A stretch of DNA of 64,000 bases from Convolutriloba macropyga (lineage: Eukaryota), in assembly GCF_964194025.1 (NCBI RefSeq), contig NC_134473.1, positions 62,558,001 through 62,622,000 of the forward strand, written 5' to 3'. A program made the position numbers and the translations under genes. Numbering within the stretch: the stretch's first letter is position 1; the number at the start of each line of letters is the position of its first letter. Positions 1 through 14,100 of the stretch are shown here, piece after piece. The notes beneath the pieces were generated by a model, which worked only from the letters and a program-made list of their open reading frames with translations, did no database searches and had not been told where the DNA came from.

Positions 1-870
1 CAAAATATTAGCATTTACTTCTACACAAACTCATAAAGTACGTTAACACGGCAGCAAAATGAGCTATTATAGACTTTCTAAAACGTCTTCTTCAAAAAGT
101 TATTAACAGACGTTTTTCTTGGAGTTCGTTTTTTTCTTCACCTAACTCGACGGTTCATTAAATTTTTTTGAACAAATCAAAATATTGGCATTTATTTCTA
201 CACAAACTTATAAAGTACGTTAACACGGCAGCAAAATGAGCTATTATAGACATTCTAAATCGTCTTCTTCAAAAAGTTATTAACAGACGTTTTTCATGAA
301 GTCCGACTTTTTCTTCACCTAATTCGAGGGTTTATTAAAAATTTGTGAACAAATCAGAATATTAGCTTTAACTTCTACAAAAACTCGTAAAGTACGTTGT
401 CAAGGCAACAAAATAGGCTAACGTAGATTTTCTAACTCGTCTTCTTCAAAAAGTTATTAACAGACGTTTTTCATGAAGTTCGACATTTTCTTCACCTAAT
501 TTACCGCTTCTTTAGAATTTTGTGAACGAATAAAAAAAATTGGCATTTCTATCTACACAAAATCTTAAATTACGTTATCACGGCAACAAAATGCGCTAAC
601 ATAGACTTTCTAACTCGTCTTCTTCAAAATGTTATCAATAGACCTTTTTCATGAAGTTCGACATTTTCTTCACCTATTTCGACGGTTCATTAAAATTTTG
701 TGAACAAACCAAAGTATTGGCGTTTACTTCTACACAAACTCTGAAAGTTTATTATCGAGGCAACACAATGAACTAACATAGGCTTTCTAACCCGTCATCT
801 TCAAAAAGTTATTAACAATTGTTTTTCATTAAGTTCGACATTTTCTTCACCTAACTCGACGGTTCATTAA
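1..870. repeat. 177-bp tandem satellite, about 4.9 diverged copies, continuing off the left edge
   Basis: Unit start caaaatatt(a/g)gcatt recurs at 1, 178, 355, about 532 and about 710. The core cgtcttcttcaaaaagttatt and ttcttcaccta recur in each unit. Confidence 0.95.
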
Positions 871-1197
871 CCCGTAATCTTAATTCGTTGTTCTTTTTGT
901 ATTATTCAGTGGTATCAAGGACATTGAAACAAACAGATTGCAACCGGCGGCGTTGAAAAGGTGCATTTGAATCTCATTATGCGATGAATCATACATGCCA
1001 TTAACCTGCAAAAGTCTCTTCTACTGCAGAAAGAAGAACAAAAACAAGCTAAACTAAAAAAACTAACAAAAAAAGCTTCATTGTCATCTGTATCCTCCTC
1101 CTCTTCATTCTGTTTTGAAGACGTAGATCAAATTTTTGTTATTGCAGCACCAATTTCTGTAATTTTTTTTCCTTGTGCGGAGCCTGGATAAGATTTA

Positions 1198-1505
1198 CAC
1201 CCGTTGAAAAGAAGGAAATAAGTGGACAAAACAGTGTAATTGTAGTGTATTTCTAAGAGTGTAATTTCTTAAAAATTGCGGTGTATTTCTAAGAGTGTAA
1301 TCACTTCAAAGTTACAATTTTCACTCTTTTCCCCACTAAAAATTGAACAAAAGAGTGTAATTTTTAAGAGTGTAAAAAGAGTGGAATGAAGAGTGTAAAG
1401 AGTGTAAAAAGAGTGTAATTTTCTTAAAATTACACTCTTACACTCTTTTCCCTGCTATTTAAGTGTGGAAAACGCTTTACACCCTAATCTCGCTTAATAA
1501 CGGTG
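1198..1505. mobile_element. MITE-like element with short TIRs, TA flanks and internal AAGAGTGTAA repeats
   Basis: TA|CACCCGTT at the left end and AACGGTG|TA at the right end. Many aagagtgtaa/ttacactctt motifs. Perfect hairpin aagagtgtaatttt-ctt-aaaattacactctt at 1409-1439. Confidence 0.6.
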
Positions 1506-1532
1506 TATTAGGGGTGGACACCTCGGCCCGGG

Positions 1533-2590
1533 TATTGATATCTGATCAGTGATATTTGAAGAGTAGATGTACCAATAATGTTATCTGGATAGTGATATTT
1601 GAAGAGTGATATGTGATCTGAAGGAAAACTGATCTAAATTATCGTTGTAATTTTTATTTCTATTAACAGTATTGTTATTTATTTGTTAATCATTAGTATT
1701 GCAATGTCAGGTTGCTTTTTCTTAGGTTATAAATATTGTTCGTTTCAATTTTCGTTTTTAACTTTGGTGACTCTAGCGACTTTGACTTTGGGGTTCTGTA
1801 ACGTTATAGGATTATGGTTGTTTTATTATTGGAAGGCTATCTCGTAAAGAATATTTTTTTTAGCTCTGCAGTGATATGTGTTTCATCTAGGTAATATGGT
1901 AATATATGATTTCTATGTATGACCATTTTTTCTTTGTTTTTGTTCCGGTAAGACGTATGTAATTTCTGTTGATTTATCTACTATCAGGTATGGTCCAGTT
2001 TTGAGGGTTAGTAACTTTTTGAGACTCCACTAACGTTTTGTTGATTGGTTAGTAACACAAACGTGTGTTTTTCGAAAACTTTTGTTGTTCATAATCTTTT
2101 GATCTTTTCATTCATTAAACTATTTTTTTAACGATACTTGTAATTGTTTGGTATGTTTGCTTAGATTGTTTCTCGTTGTCTAAGAAATATCTGGCGTATG
2201 TTAATTTTTCTAACTCCGCTATTTTGGGATGACTCTATTGTTTTTCTAAATGCGTATGAGTTGGTTGTGTTTTACACACACTGCTATCTCTGGTTTACAG
2301 TTTCTCAATTTGTAAAATGTAGTTTCTATTTTTAGTTGAGTTGGTTTTCGAGGTTTTTTATTGAAAACAACTTCGTACGGTGACATTCCGGGTCTCGTCT
2401 GGTATTGCGTATTATAAGCGTAGGGGAAAATTCGCTTCTCTCAACCCATTGTTTTATTTTCCGTTAACTAAAGTTCTAAAGACCTGTCCAATGATTCTGT
2501 TAGCACCTTATAAAAGGCCGTTGCTACACGGTGCATAGGTTGTATATGGTTTAATTTTTATTTCCAAGTGGTTACATAAATGAGTAAATT
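1533..2590 (-). mobile_element. Partial Gypsy copy (integrase C-terminus plus 3' region), diverged paralog of 3401-4450
   Basis: Colinear similarity to 3401-4450 (for example tgatctaaattatcgttgt, ggtgactctagcgactttga, aacgttttgttgattggttagtaa). Reading frames are disrupted. Confidence 0.85.
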
Positions 2591-2614
2591 CATTGATCTC
2601 GTGCATTGTTGAAT

Positions 2615-3160
2615 TGTTAGTTAGAATTGAAATGATGAATGCGAGTGCGGATTAATTGTGTTTTAAGTGTATGCACAGACGTGAGGTGTGTACAAAGAGC
2701 ATAGAAGTGTAGTTCATAAAAAAATGAATATACCTCATGAATGGTTGATGTATTATAGTGTTGAGTGGCATTTCTATTGAAGACTGTTTGTGCATTAACA
2801 TTATGACTGTTTGACAATTTTTGTTTTAACACGATCCGATCTGTCGCATATTGTTTTTGACAGAAGAGCATATGCGTTTGTTTGAAAAGTGAATGTAGAA
2901 TGGGTCGCTATTTGTGTCATATGAATGTTTATAAATGGTTGCGTTGATAGCATGTTTGATTTGAATGAAGAATTTGAATGAAAAAATTTTGAATGAAAAA
3001 AATTGAATGAAAAAAATTACAGAATATACAGAGCTGAAAGGTTGAGTTGATGAATCAGTTAAGGTCTGTAGTTGTATTATTGAGAACAAAAATTGCTGTG
3101 AACTGTAGTTGTCATACTGATAACATACTGGTGACACGTTATCGATAATCCATTGACACA
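2615..3160 (-). repeat. Candidate 3' LTR of the Gypsy element
   Basis: On the minus strand it starts TGT after the purine run agtaaaaat and ends ACA. It lies downstream of the integrase and the 3' repeats. No second copy is present in the window to confirm it. Confidence 0.3.
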
Positions 3161-6100
3161 ATTTTTACTAGCGTAATGACTAACTTATTGGGCAAATTTA
3201 ATCGTAACTAAGATGAACTAATATGGAGATTAGTATTTGAGCTAACAGTTGATGAGCTAATAGTAAGATTACTATCATTGGTTGCTATCTGAAGGAAGAG
3301 TGGTGTTTGAAGAGTGTTATTTGAATAAAGAGTTGTATTATTTAATGTGATATCTGAAGACTGACGTCTGAAAACTGGTATGTACAAGTAGATGTATGAA
3401 TATTGATATCTGAATAGTGATCTTTGAAGAATGATATGGACGAGTAGATGTACGAATAATGATATCTGGAGAGTGATATCTGAAGAGTGATATGTGGTCT
3501 GAAGAAAGAATGATCTAAATTATCGTTGTGATTTATTTTTCTATTAATAGTTTTGTTATTTCTTTGTTAATTATTAGGATTGCAATGTCAGTTTCCTTTT
3601 TCTGAGGTTATAATTTTTGTTCGTTTCAGTTTTTGTTCCTCATTTCCTTCGGTGACTCTAGCGACTTTGATTTCTGTGGCTCTGTAACTTTAAAGGATTC
3701 TGATTGTTTTATTATTGGAAGGTTATCTCGTAAAACTCATTTTTTAGCTCTACTTTGATATGTTTTTCTTTTGGGTAATACGGTACCAAATGATTTGTAC
3801 TAAATGTCCTGTGAAACTTTTGTAATATCTGTTGATTTATCTACTTTTAGGTATAGTCCGGTTTTGAGGGGTAGTTTTTTAGACTCCATCAACGTTTTGT
3901 TGATTGGTTAGTAAAACAAACGTGTGTTTTTGGAAAGGTTTTTATCGTTTTTATTCTTGTGTTCATTTTATTCATTAAACTATTTCTGTTTTAGGGAAAC
4001 TTGTAATTGCTTGGTATGTTTCCTTGGATTGTTTCGCGTTGTCTAAGAACCATTTTGCGTTTGTTAATTTTTGTAACCCCGCTTTTTTGGGATGACTTTA
4101 TTGTTTTTCTAAATGTATCTGAGTTGGTTGTGTTTTGCACACACTACTATCTAATGGTTTACAGTTTCCCAATTTGTAAAATGTCGTTTCTAATTTTATT
4201 TGATTTTGTTTTCGAGGTTTTTGATTGGAAAGAACTTCGTACGGTGAGATTCATGTTCTTGTTTGTTATTGCGTATCATCAGCGTAGGGGAAAAAATTCA
4301 CTTTTCTCGACCACTTCTTTTATTTTCCGTTAACTAAAGTTCCAAAGAGCTTTCCAATGATTCTGTAGCACTTTAAACTTTAAACAAAGCCGTTGCTCCA
4401 CGGTGCATAGATGGTACAAGGTTTGAGTTTTATTTCAAAGTGGTTACATTCTGTTTTAATATATATTGAACCGTTATCTGATCGGATTTCATTTGCTAGT
4501 CCAAAACTTATGAACCAAGGCTCGAAAAATGCAGTATATGCATAGTAAGCATTGTTTTTGTGTGCGCAGAATAGTTTTACATAATGTGAGAAGGCGTCTA
4601 CAATTACATAGATGAAATAGTTTTCTGATGGTGGGTTGATCAGTACTTCTGTGTCAATCATTATCATTTCGTTGAAAAACAATTTTGTATTTGCTTGTTG
4701 TTCTGTTGTTGCTTTCGTGCGTGTATTTTCTAAGACGTTGTTTGTTTGACATTGTAAGCAATCTGCAAATAATTTTTCAATCCAGATGTTAAGGTTTAGA
4801 AAACACTATTCCTCCATAATGTTACGTTTTGTTTTTTCAAAACAAGTATGGCCTACAAGATCAATGCAGTGATTCTGGTGAAAGGTGCATAATAATAGTG
4901 TTAATGATTGGCGTATTCTGATAAGTGAAGTTTTGTTAAAGTTTGTTATTATTCAAGATTCCAGTGTTTTCGTCTCTAAAAATAGACTTGATTTTTTGGA
5001 AGTAAACGAACGATCCTTTGTTACCTCGGATTTCAGCTGTAACTGAATGTGATTTGTTAATATGTTCTTTCCGCATTTTAACTTGATGTATCACTGGTTG
5101 CAGCATTTGTGTATCTTTTATCAATCTATTCGTGGTTTCACTTTTTTCATCATAAAAGATGTCAAAATTTTTAACGTAATCAAGTTTTGCTATTTTGGTT
5201 GATTCTACGTTCTTTAAGAGTCTAGATGATCATCATCATGGTGCTTTACATATGGTCCTTTTTGGTTACAGCTATGTACTGGTAGTCTTTATCTTTAACG
5301 GGTAAGTTCCAGTTTTTTATTTTGGTTTGTATTTTGATATTAGATTGGTTTTTGTTTCCAGTGTTTACTTTTCATAATATATCGGTTGATATTTTTTCTT
5401 ATCAATGTTGATTTCAAAGAAATTGTTATGCATGTTTGCTAAGAGAGTGTAATGTAATTGTTCTGATTTTTTATCGGCTTTATTATAGCAGATGCCATAT
5501 TTGCTTTCTATGTTATTCCCAAATGGTCTTTTGGCAAAGAAGAATTTGAAATTGTCTGGTATTTCCACGGTTATATCTCTTGTATTCGTAACGTGTCTTC
5601 CATTTATCGTTCTGCTAATTAAATCTGTTAATGCTTGAATTTTTTCGATCTGTCCATATTTTATGGAGATTTTGGAATTACTTTAATGTAATTTGAAATC
5701 AGTATACTCTGTGATTTGGTTTGTTCCTCTATAAGAACAGGTATATTTTTGGTTTGTGATCTGACAGTTTTTTGTATGGGTGTTTTGAGCCTGTAAGTAA
5801 AAATTCGTATGCGTTTAGAGAGAAAATGATTGCTGAGCGTTCTCAGGACAAAGTTGATAATTGCATTACAATCGGAGTAAATAACCTTGAATTTGCAGAT
5901 ACTCTCATTTTTTCTGTAGGGAGTTATTGAAGTGCAGTTGCTCCAGTTCCGGTATTTGCGCCGTCTGCTAAAATACAGAATGGTTTACTAGAGTCTAGCA
6001 TGGCAATTTTGAGTTTGTTTGTTATTGTTCTTTTCATTTCAATTATTTGTTGATGTTCTTTTGTCCACTTGAACTCGCTTTCTTAATGTAACAAGTTTTA

Positions 6101-9100
6101 TATTGTTTTTAATATCGGTTGCAAGCCGTATACATATTTTGCTTGAAAATTGATTACTTCTAAATAGCGTTGTAGTAATTTCATACTGTTCGTTGGATTC
6201 AGTTTTTCGAATCCTTCTATCTATGAAGTTAGTGGTTTGACTTTTTTGTTTTCAATGACATATCCAAGAAATTTGATTTTCTTTAACATATATCTTTTAT
6301 CAGGTGCTGTTTTCAGATTCCTCTTTGTAAAATAGAGTGGTATATTTTGAGAGTTTTGTACATTTGTTCGTATGGATTGGTTTGCACAAAAATATTGTCT
6401 TGACATGTTATGACTGTTCCTCTTTGGATAAGTGGGTACGAAAAGTTTGTTAATAAGGATGCAAGAGCTGCTGGTCCTATTGAGATAATGAAAAAACTTG
6501 ATTTATTTGTTGTTTGTTTCCAATGGTGAAGTGTGTATATCTCATAGATTCAATATCTAAAAGTATTTGATGATTTGCAGTATTTAAGTCCGCGGTTGTG
6601 AAAATTGTTCCGTTTATTTTGGTTAAGTCAACATTTCCTGGTGCTATTGGCCATTTACTTTTCGATTTTTCTATCATACTGCTAAAGCATCTAGGGTCTA
6701 GCGCAATTTTTAAAGATTCTGCATTTCGAAGAATTGTATTGGGATTTGTAAAAGTGTTCATAGCTGACAAATGTTCCCTATTAACTGGTGATGTAATATC
6801 GTATCTTTTGGGAACGTCTAAAAGTTTTTGAATTCATCCACTGAGTTATTTTGGTACTTTGCTTATTCCTTGTTTTTTGAATACTGCGTCGTCTTTTTTC
6901 GTTGGTAAGTTAAGTTTTACTTTCGTTTTTTCAACATCGAAATTGGTTTTTGTACATTTCAATATTTTAGAATGATTGTTAATACTTTTTCAAATTGGTT
7001 TTTTGTTTACTGTGAGTGTTGGAAATCAAACATTTGAATGAACTCTTGTTCTCGTTTTGTATATTGGTTTATATCCAAATTACATTTGAAATTTGGTTAT
7101 CTTTCAATTGTTGCAACTTGGTCTATTGTTTCATTATGTTCAATATTAAGGACTTGTTCAATGTTGTGTTGGTTTGCATATGATAGATGAAATAGCGTTG
7201 AGAATAGATCTAATGAATTGGTTTGGTATATTTCCATATAAAAGGTTTTGAATGTTAAATTTTGGTAAATAAAACCTATTAGTTCTTTGTTGATTGAAAT
7301 TCCATGGTTTGTCTTTTTTATTAGGTATATATCAACAAAGCTTTGTTTTTCTAGTGATAAGTCATCAATGCCAGTGATTGAAACACTTTGGTATTTTTTT
7401 AATGATTCAAAGTACTCTAGGGATCTGTAATTTATTTTTCAGTTTGATAATTTTTGAATTTTCAAATTTAAAAATTTTTAAATTTTGGTATTGGAAATGT
7501 TAGGCCTTTATGTTGATTTGGTTAAAAATATAATGATTCTCTCTTATAAACTGGATATACTCTCGAGTAATACGGATAATCTTTGTAGAGTTTAGAAAGA
7601 ATGTAATATTGTTATCTAGAATTGAGTTTGTCTTTATGGTCAGTTTGTTTGTGCGAGGGTTTATTGTTTCAATGTATTCTTCAAAGAATGGTGTTGCAAG
7701 AATATTGTGATTACATTGTGTAACTTAGAAAAGTAAATAAATGTTTTTTGAGTTTATGGCTGTTATTTGATGTTCTTTTTGGTGCTAGGTTTAACTGTGT
7801 GGTTCTTAATTTCTGTATATTGGGGTTATTTGCTGCTGTTAAAGTCTTTGTAGACTGGATTAGTTGCAAAATTGGCTTATTATAACTCTGTTCCTTACAT
7901 GTATCTTCATTTAAAAGGTTTCGTGTTGCTCCTGAGTCTAGCAGGAATTCTGTCTCCAATGTTGTGTTTTGTTTTGTGAAATCTTCTTCCAAGAATTAAC
8001 ATTGATACAACGGTAGTATCCAGTGTCCTCGTTTGCGTAATATAAATCAGGCAATTGTTCGTCTTTGTCAGATAATTCTGACGAGTATTGGTATTGTGGT
8101 CAATTCCAGTAGGGTCATTAATGTTAGTTTGTTGTTCTTTAATATTATTTACTCTGTTTCTGGTTTGATGTCGTTTGTTATTATTTCTGTTATTTGATGA
8201 ACCAGAGTAATAACTTTTGCTAAACTTTTTTTTCCACCATTTGAATTAGAGTTGTTATAATTTGATCGGCTTCGGTTATTCTATCTATTTTTTGATTATC
8301 TGTTTCTATCATTACTGTTTCTCCTCTGATTTGACTGTTTGTTATTGTTTTTGTAATTATAGGGTGATTGGTCTCTCAAATTGTTTCTGGAATTATATCT
8401 TGAATTATTTATAAACTTGTATTCTGAATTGTATGCAGAGTATGGTTTATTGTCGTTATTGTATGATATATTGTAACTGTTTTATCGACTTCGGTTCTAG
8501 TTGTTATATCTTTCGCTACTTCTGTTTTAACTTCTCGGACGGTTGCGGTCGTTTTTCCTTGAGTAGTTTCCAGTATAAAATCCGCTCTTGCATCTGTTAC
8601 TTGACTATGATCTTCTGTCTTTTCTTTGGTATCTTTGTGATGATCTGTTTGGGGTTCTTTTTTATAAATACTATATAGTGGTGATTACAGAGGTAACTGT
8701 CTACCATTAACGTTATTAGAACTTATCCGTTTATTTGGTAGGTTTTGGTCATTTCTCATGTGTCTGTTAACTGATGTTTCTCTCAGTTTTTGTTGTGGTT
8801 CTTTCAGTGGTTTTTTCAAGCATCTTCATTTTTTATGTCCGTTTAAACTACAATAACTAAGGAGAGCAAATTTTGGTCTTCCCTTGAAATTCTTTTGTTC
8901 TTAGATATTTTTTATACCATTGGGTACATTGCACACAAAGTTTTCAAATTTTTCTGTACTGTTTTGATCTAAGTCATCGATACTGTTACAGAATTCTGAC
9001 ATCTGATTTTTGTCTGCTCCTGGATTTGAAGTACTTTTATTTACTTCATAAAATCGTTTAATGTTTTTTGTTATAGTTCTAGTCAGATCCGTTTAATCGA

Positions 9101-11170
9101 TTTTACATACGAGTGTCTTGAATGGCATTTCAGATTCCCTTGGTGTTTGTTTATGGTTTGCCTGTATTTTTTTCAGGCTGCAGTTTTTAGTTCGGTATCG
9201 AGACCTCTGATAAATGTTTAGTTCATTTTACTTTTTGTATTACTCAGCATGTAATGTTTTACTCAGCATATAGTGTGTAGGCTGTTCTAACAAATGGGTC
9301 TATTCGTAATGCTTAATTATCTTAACGATTCCTTTGTTTTTTTCATATGTTGTAAGACTAATTTTTCTTGTTGTTTGAATTTTGAGAAACAAAGAATTAT
9401 ATACAGAATTATTCCCAATCCAATTTTGTTGCACTCGGTAGAGTTGAGTATCATTTTTGTGCAGGTCCTCGTATTTTTTGTGATATCAATGCTGCTTTTG
9501 CTTTCCACTGATGGTGACCTGCTTTATTAACTGGTTTAGTTCCATGGCTAAATATCATAGTGCTATACTGATCAAGTGTTCTTCAACTGTATATCCTGGA
9601 TCTGTACCGTCGAATGGTTTGATCGTTGTTGGTAGTGAACAATTACAGTTTGTTGGTTCTAAGGGTCCCTCTTCGTTTATAATCATATATTTTAATTTTT
9701 TATAAAAGTATAGGTGGTTTTTGTGACAGTTGTTTCCCGTTCATCTATTGATGTTGTTTCTTAACGTCCTAGCCAATACTCTTCATTTCGTGTACTTAAT
9801 TTTTTGAAATTCTCTTTATGTCAACTCTCTAGTCGTTGGTTTTGATTAGTGCTCATCGTTTGGTTTATTTGTTGCAACGCCTGTTCTAAAATACGTTCTT
9901 GTTTTTTTTGTAGGCCTTCACTCATTCTAGTGAAATTATCCACAATGTTCTCTATTAATTATATGTTCGATTTGTCTTTTTTCTGTCGTTCCATCCTGTA
10001 GAATTTTTATTTCTCTTGTTGTTCGTTATCTATTTGCTCATTATCGCATTTCTTTAAAAAAATTATTGAATAACCTTTATTGTTTGCAAAACAAACGTTG
10101 TGTGGTTTGCTAAGTTTTTTTGGTCGTTCGCTTATTGCTTGTGGTACTGTATAATCAAGTTTTTTTGGGTGATCAGATAGGCATGAAGAATGGTATGGGT
10201 GGTTATTTTGCTTTGAAACATGTTCAGTGTTAACTTTCTATTCGGCTTTATTGCTGACTTATTTGTGGTTGGTATCGTAGTTTGATTCAATTGTTCTTTT
10301 GGCAATGACTTTCAGGTTATACTTCTTGTAGATTTTAATGACTGTTGTCCTGCATATTCTCAATCAATATTTTTGATGTAATTGTCTAATCCTACAATGT
10401 AAGAAAGACTGTTTGATTTTATCTACAAATTACTTTCAAAGATTGGTGATTCATATTTGTTATCTCAAAGTTGTTTTATTTGCTTCCTGAATGGAATTGT
10501 ACTCCTGATGCGTATGGTTCTCCAAATTCTTTCTTTTTCGTCGATATACTCGATTTTATCTAGCCAGCACAGATTTGAGAATTCCAATACCATTTTTAGA
10601 ATATCTGAATATCTGCTACTGTTTCATCGTTAATTTCGTTTCTAAGGTCTATCAGATTTTCAGCCAATTGTAGAAGCTTCAAAAATCTTTTCTGATGTCA
10701 TCTTTTACTGATTGTTTTTGTTTATCGATATTTTCTGAGACGGGATTTGTTGTTTCTCTTATTAGTTTGTATGTCGAACTTCGTATAGCCGTTAGCCCCG
10801 GTATTATCTTGTTTTAATTCATGTCTATGTAGTAAAAAGGTAGTTTATCTTCTAAACTAATTTCATTTTCGTTGTTATAGTATGTAATAGTGTTTCCATT
10901 TTCGTCTGTTAAATTAAATATATAATAATTGTTTCCTTGATCGCTGGTTAGTACTATTATTGGTAGATATTTTTAGGATGATTTCATTGCAATGTAAGCA
11001 GGTTTAATTTAATGATTATTATAATATATAAAATTCTTCACGGTTATCTTGTGAACACTCTGGATCTACTTCAATATGGGTTCCACGTCCATACAAATTT
11101 CTGTTCTAGCGTTCTTTTTTCATTTTTTTAAACCACTGGTAGCAGTGGTTACTCTTGGTCCTTTTTGATC
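3161..11170 (-). mobile_element. Degenerate Ty3/Gypsy LTR retrotransposon (gag-like region, PR, RT, RNase H, integrase)
   Basis: Domain order PR-RT-RH-INT. Protease LLDSGA (7711-7992). RT IFTTADLNTANHQI and KIKFLGYVI (6221-6770). RNase H KPFCILADGANTGTGA (about 5935-5990) and SDHKP (about 5755). Integrase H-H-CLQC zinc finger (about 4750-4880) and core VDAFSH...IRSDNG...YAPWSNG (4380-4682). Many stops and frameshifts. Confidence 0.9.
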
Positions 11171-11199
11171 CCTATTGCCAGTGGTAGCTTTCGAATATC

Positions 11200-14100
11200 C
11201 CAACGCAATCGCAAATTTCGAAGGAGAGTCTCTTGGAAAAAGAGATCAATTGCAAGAACGACTTATGCCCTGTTGTCAGCAAGGTTTTAGTCCTGAAAAA
11301 CTTTTGACATTACACAATATTTCTTATGTGGGTTTTGCGCAGCTTCTATACCAAAGGAATATAAGAACTATGCAAGTGTGCTGGTTCATAATCTACGGCA
11401 AGAAAACAGAGCTCGATCTTGTATTGCACGAGAAATACGCAACGAGCAAGTTCAACAAGACAACAGGAACTTGAATTTGGTTGTCAGGGGCTCTCGTCCT
11501 TCTGAGGCAATTCATGACCGTGATCTATTAAAAGAAATAGTCAGCAAAATTGGTTCTTCGGTTGTTTATCAAGTTTTCGAAACAAAACGAATTGGAAAAA
11601 TAAAAAAAAGCAATGGAAGGCAACGTTTGTTAATCAAGTTCAAAGATGCAATGAAAAGAAAAGAGTTCTTAAGAAATTCCATTAAGTTGAGAGTGTCATC
11701 AAAATATCATAACATAATTGTGGACCCCGATTTGTCTAATTTCGAGCGCGAAGCCCAATATCAGTTAAGAGTTGAGAAACGCACATTGGCGCAAAAATAT
11801 AGTGACAGAATAGTTAATTATTAAAATTGCGTTATTGAATCAGTGACTAAATTTGCTTCCTAAATATTGCCAAGAACACGAGGTAAACTTCTTGCTTCTC
11901 AATGTCCAAAGCATTCTTACGAGCGAGCGCAGAATTAATTTTAGTGGGCTGATTCTTCAACAAATGCCTGTGGTAATTGGTACTGTTGAAACGTGGCTCG
12001 ATGACTCCGTCTACAATTCTGCTGTGTTTTGTGGTTTGTCTTATTCAATTTTGGGAAGAGCAGATAGAAAACAAGCAAAACATGGTGGGCTCCTTTTGGC
12101 TATTGAAAACACTTTCTGCAGCAGTATTAAGGTTTGGGATTTAAAAAACTCTGACTACTTCATCAGTTGTGTTCTATTATCCCAAAACTTTTCGTTGGGA
12201 GTTCTTCTGTTTGATTTGCCTTCAAGGGGTCCTAAATTTTATTTATCGGCGGTCAGAGTGCAAGAAGAGTTACAAAATATTTTTGACGAGTTTGAGGTTT
12301 TCAAATCTTCCTTTAAATCTAATGATTCCCAAGTGCTCATATTTGGTGACTTTAATTTCCCTGATGTCAACTGGGATGCTCATATGTCTAAACATTCAGA
12401 CGAACAATTTCTCCTGGACTACTTATGTCAAGATCTTCTTCTGGAACAAATTATTCGCAGCTCTACCCATAAACGAGGAAATATTCTTGATCTTGTCTTC
12501 GTTTCACATTTTGATTTATGGGACTTTGATACTCAATTCTTGGTGCTCAGATCATAATTCCATAATCATAAAGTATGCACAGAGAAGTTTTTCTGCATCA
12601 ATATCATCCGACTATTCAGTTAGCAGCTTTAATAAAAACGTCTTTGAATACTCATTTGTATCAGGCAGGTGCTGCATGTGGCATAAAAGTTGATAATTTT
12701 TTTCTCTTACTGGAAATCAAATGTTGATTATGCCGTGGCCATTGGCCTAAAACGAAAAGGCATGAAACGTAGGAATATGCCATTTTACTACTCATGTTTT
12801 CTGTTCACCATGTTAACAAATTACAATCTGCTAGACGGCCATATGCGAGTTCTTGCTGCATCGCAAAATTGGTAAAAGAACTCAATGAGTTTTTTGAACT
12901 TGATAAAGCTGCGCTTCTGTCCTCCTTTCAATGATTTACAGTGAAAAACACCTTCAAATTAATAACACAGTTATTCGGTAGAGCCAGTTACATCCGAAAA
13001 ATTTTTTAGAAAGATTTGTTCGGCAGAAACCGTAGACGAAAAGGTCAACCTGTTCAACCTATTTTTAAATCTGTATTTAAAAAGATGGGTAATGCAATGT
13101 TTCAGCGCTACTGCAGCAATTCCGGCTTTTTTCTCTACGACATTGTTAGAGAAATAACAAAAATTTGCCTGGAGATGAAAAAAATGCTTTCCGGATCCTT
13201 TGAGACCTGTGATGATTTACCACTTTTTGTTTGAAGTTCCTGTGCTGAATTTTTAGCGGCTCACGTTCATCAGTTATTCTCTCACTTTTTGGAAACGTGC
13301 GGGTGGCCTAAATTTTGGAAATGTGCTTCTGTAACCCCAATACACAAAAAGGAGTCCACGAACAATTGTTGAAAATTATAGGCCTGTCTCTCTCCTTCCG
13401 TGATTGTCCCTGCTTTTTGATCGAATTATTTTCGATTTTTTGTACTCCAAATTACGATATAAATTAAACTCTAAGCAGCATGGATTCGGAAGCGGTCATT
13501 CGATTATCACTCAATTACTTCTATATCTTGATGAATTTTACGCTGATTTTGATAAGAACATAGAACAGGTAGTTGTATATCTAGACTTCTCCAAACCCTT
13601 TGACTGCTTAAACTTCAATATTTTACTGACGAAATTGTCATTACTTGGACTTGATGATCGATTTCTAGAATTTTTCAAATCGTATTTATTTGGGCAACAC
13701 AGCGCGTCAGAATTGATGGACAATTGTCAGCTACTGTTGAAATAATAAGTGGTGTAACCCAAGGCAGCGTTCTTGGTCCGCTTTTATTCCTCTTGGGTAT
13801 AAATGACATGCTATCATTACCTAAAAATTCCATTTGTTGCTGTTTTGCTGATGATACAAAATTTTTTTCAACAGTTTACGATGCTTTTGTTAACTGTCAG
13901 AACGATCTGTTTGTTTTCCAAGTGGTGTGCTGACAATGAATTGAATTTTAATGTCAGCAAGTGTGCATTCATCTGTTTTCGTCCGGAATGCTCTGGTACA
14001 CTATCTCTAGATGGTCATTTACGGAAACAGTTAGATGCTACATTTGATCTTGGACTTGAAGTATCGTGAAATTTAAAATGGGATCTGCATATACGCACAA

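Noticed and set aside
1-870. Regularly spaced repeats as a CRISPR array
   Set aside because: The whole 177-bp unit repeats, so there are no unique spacers.
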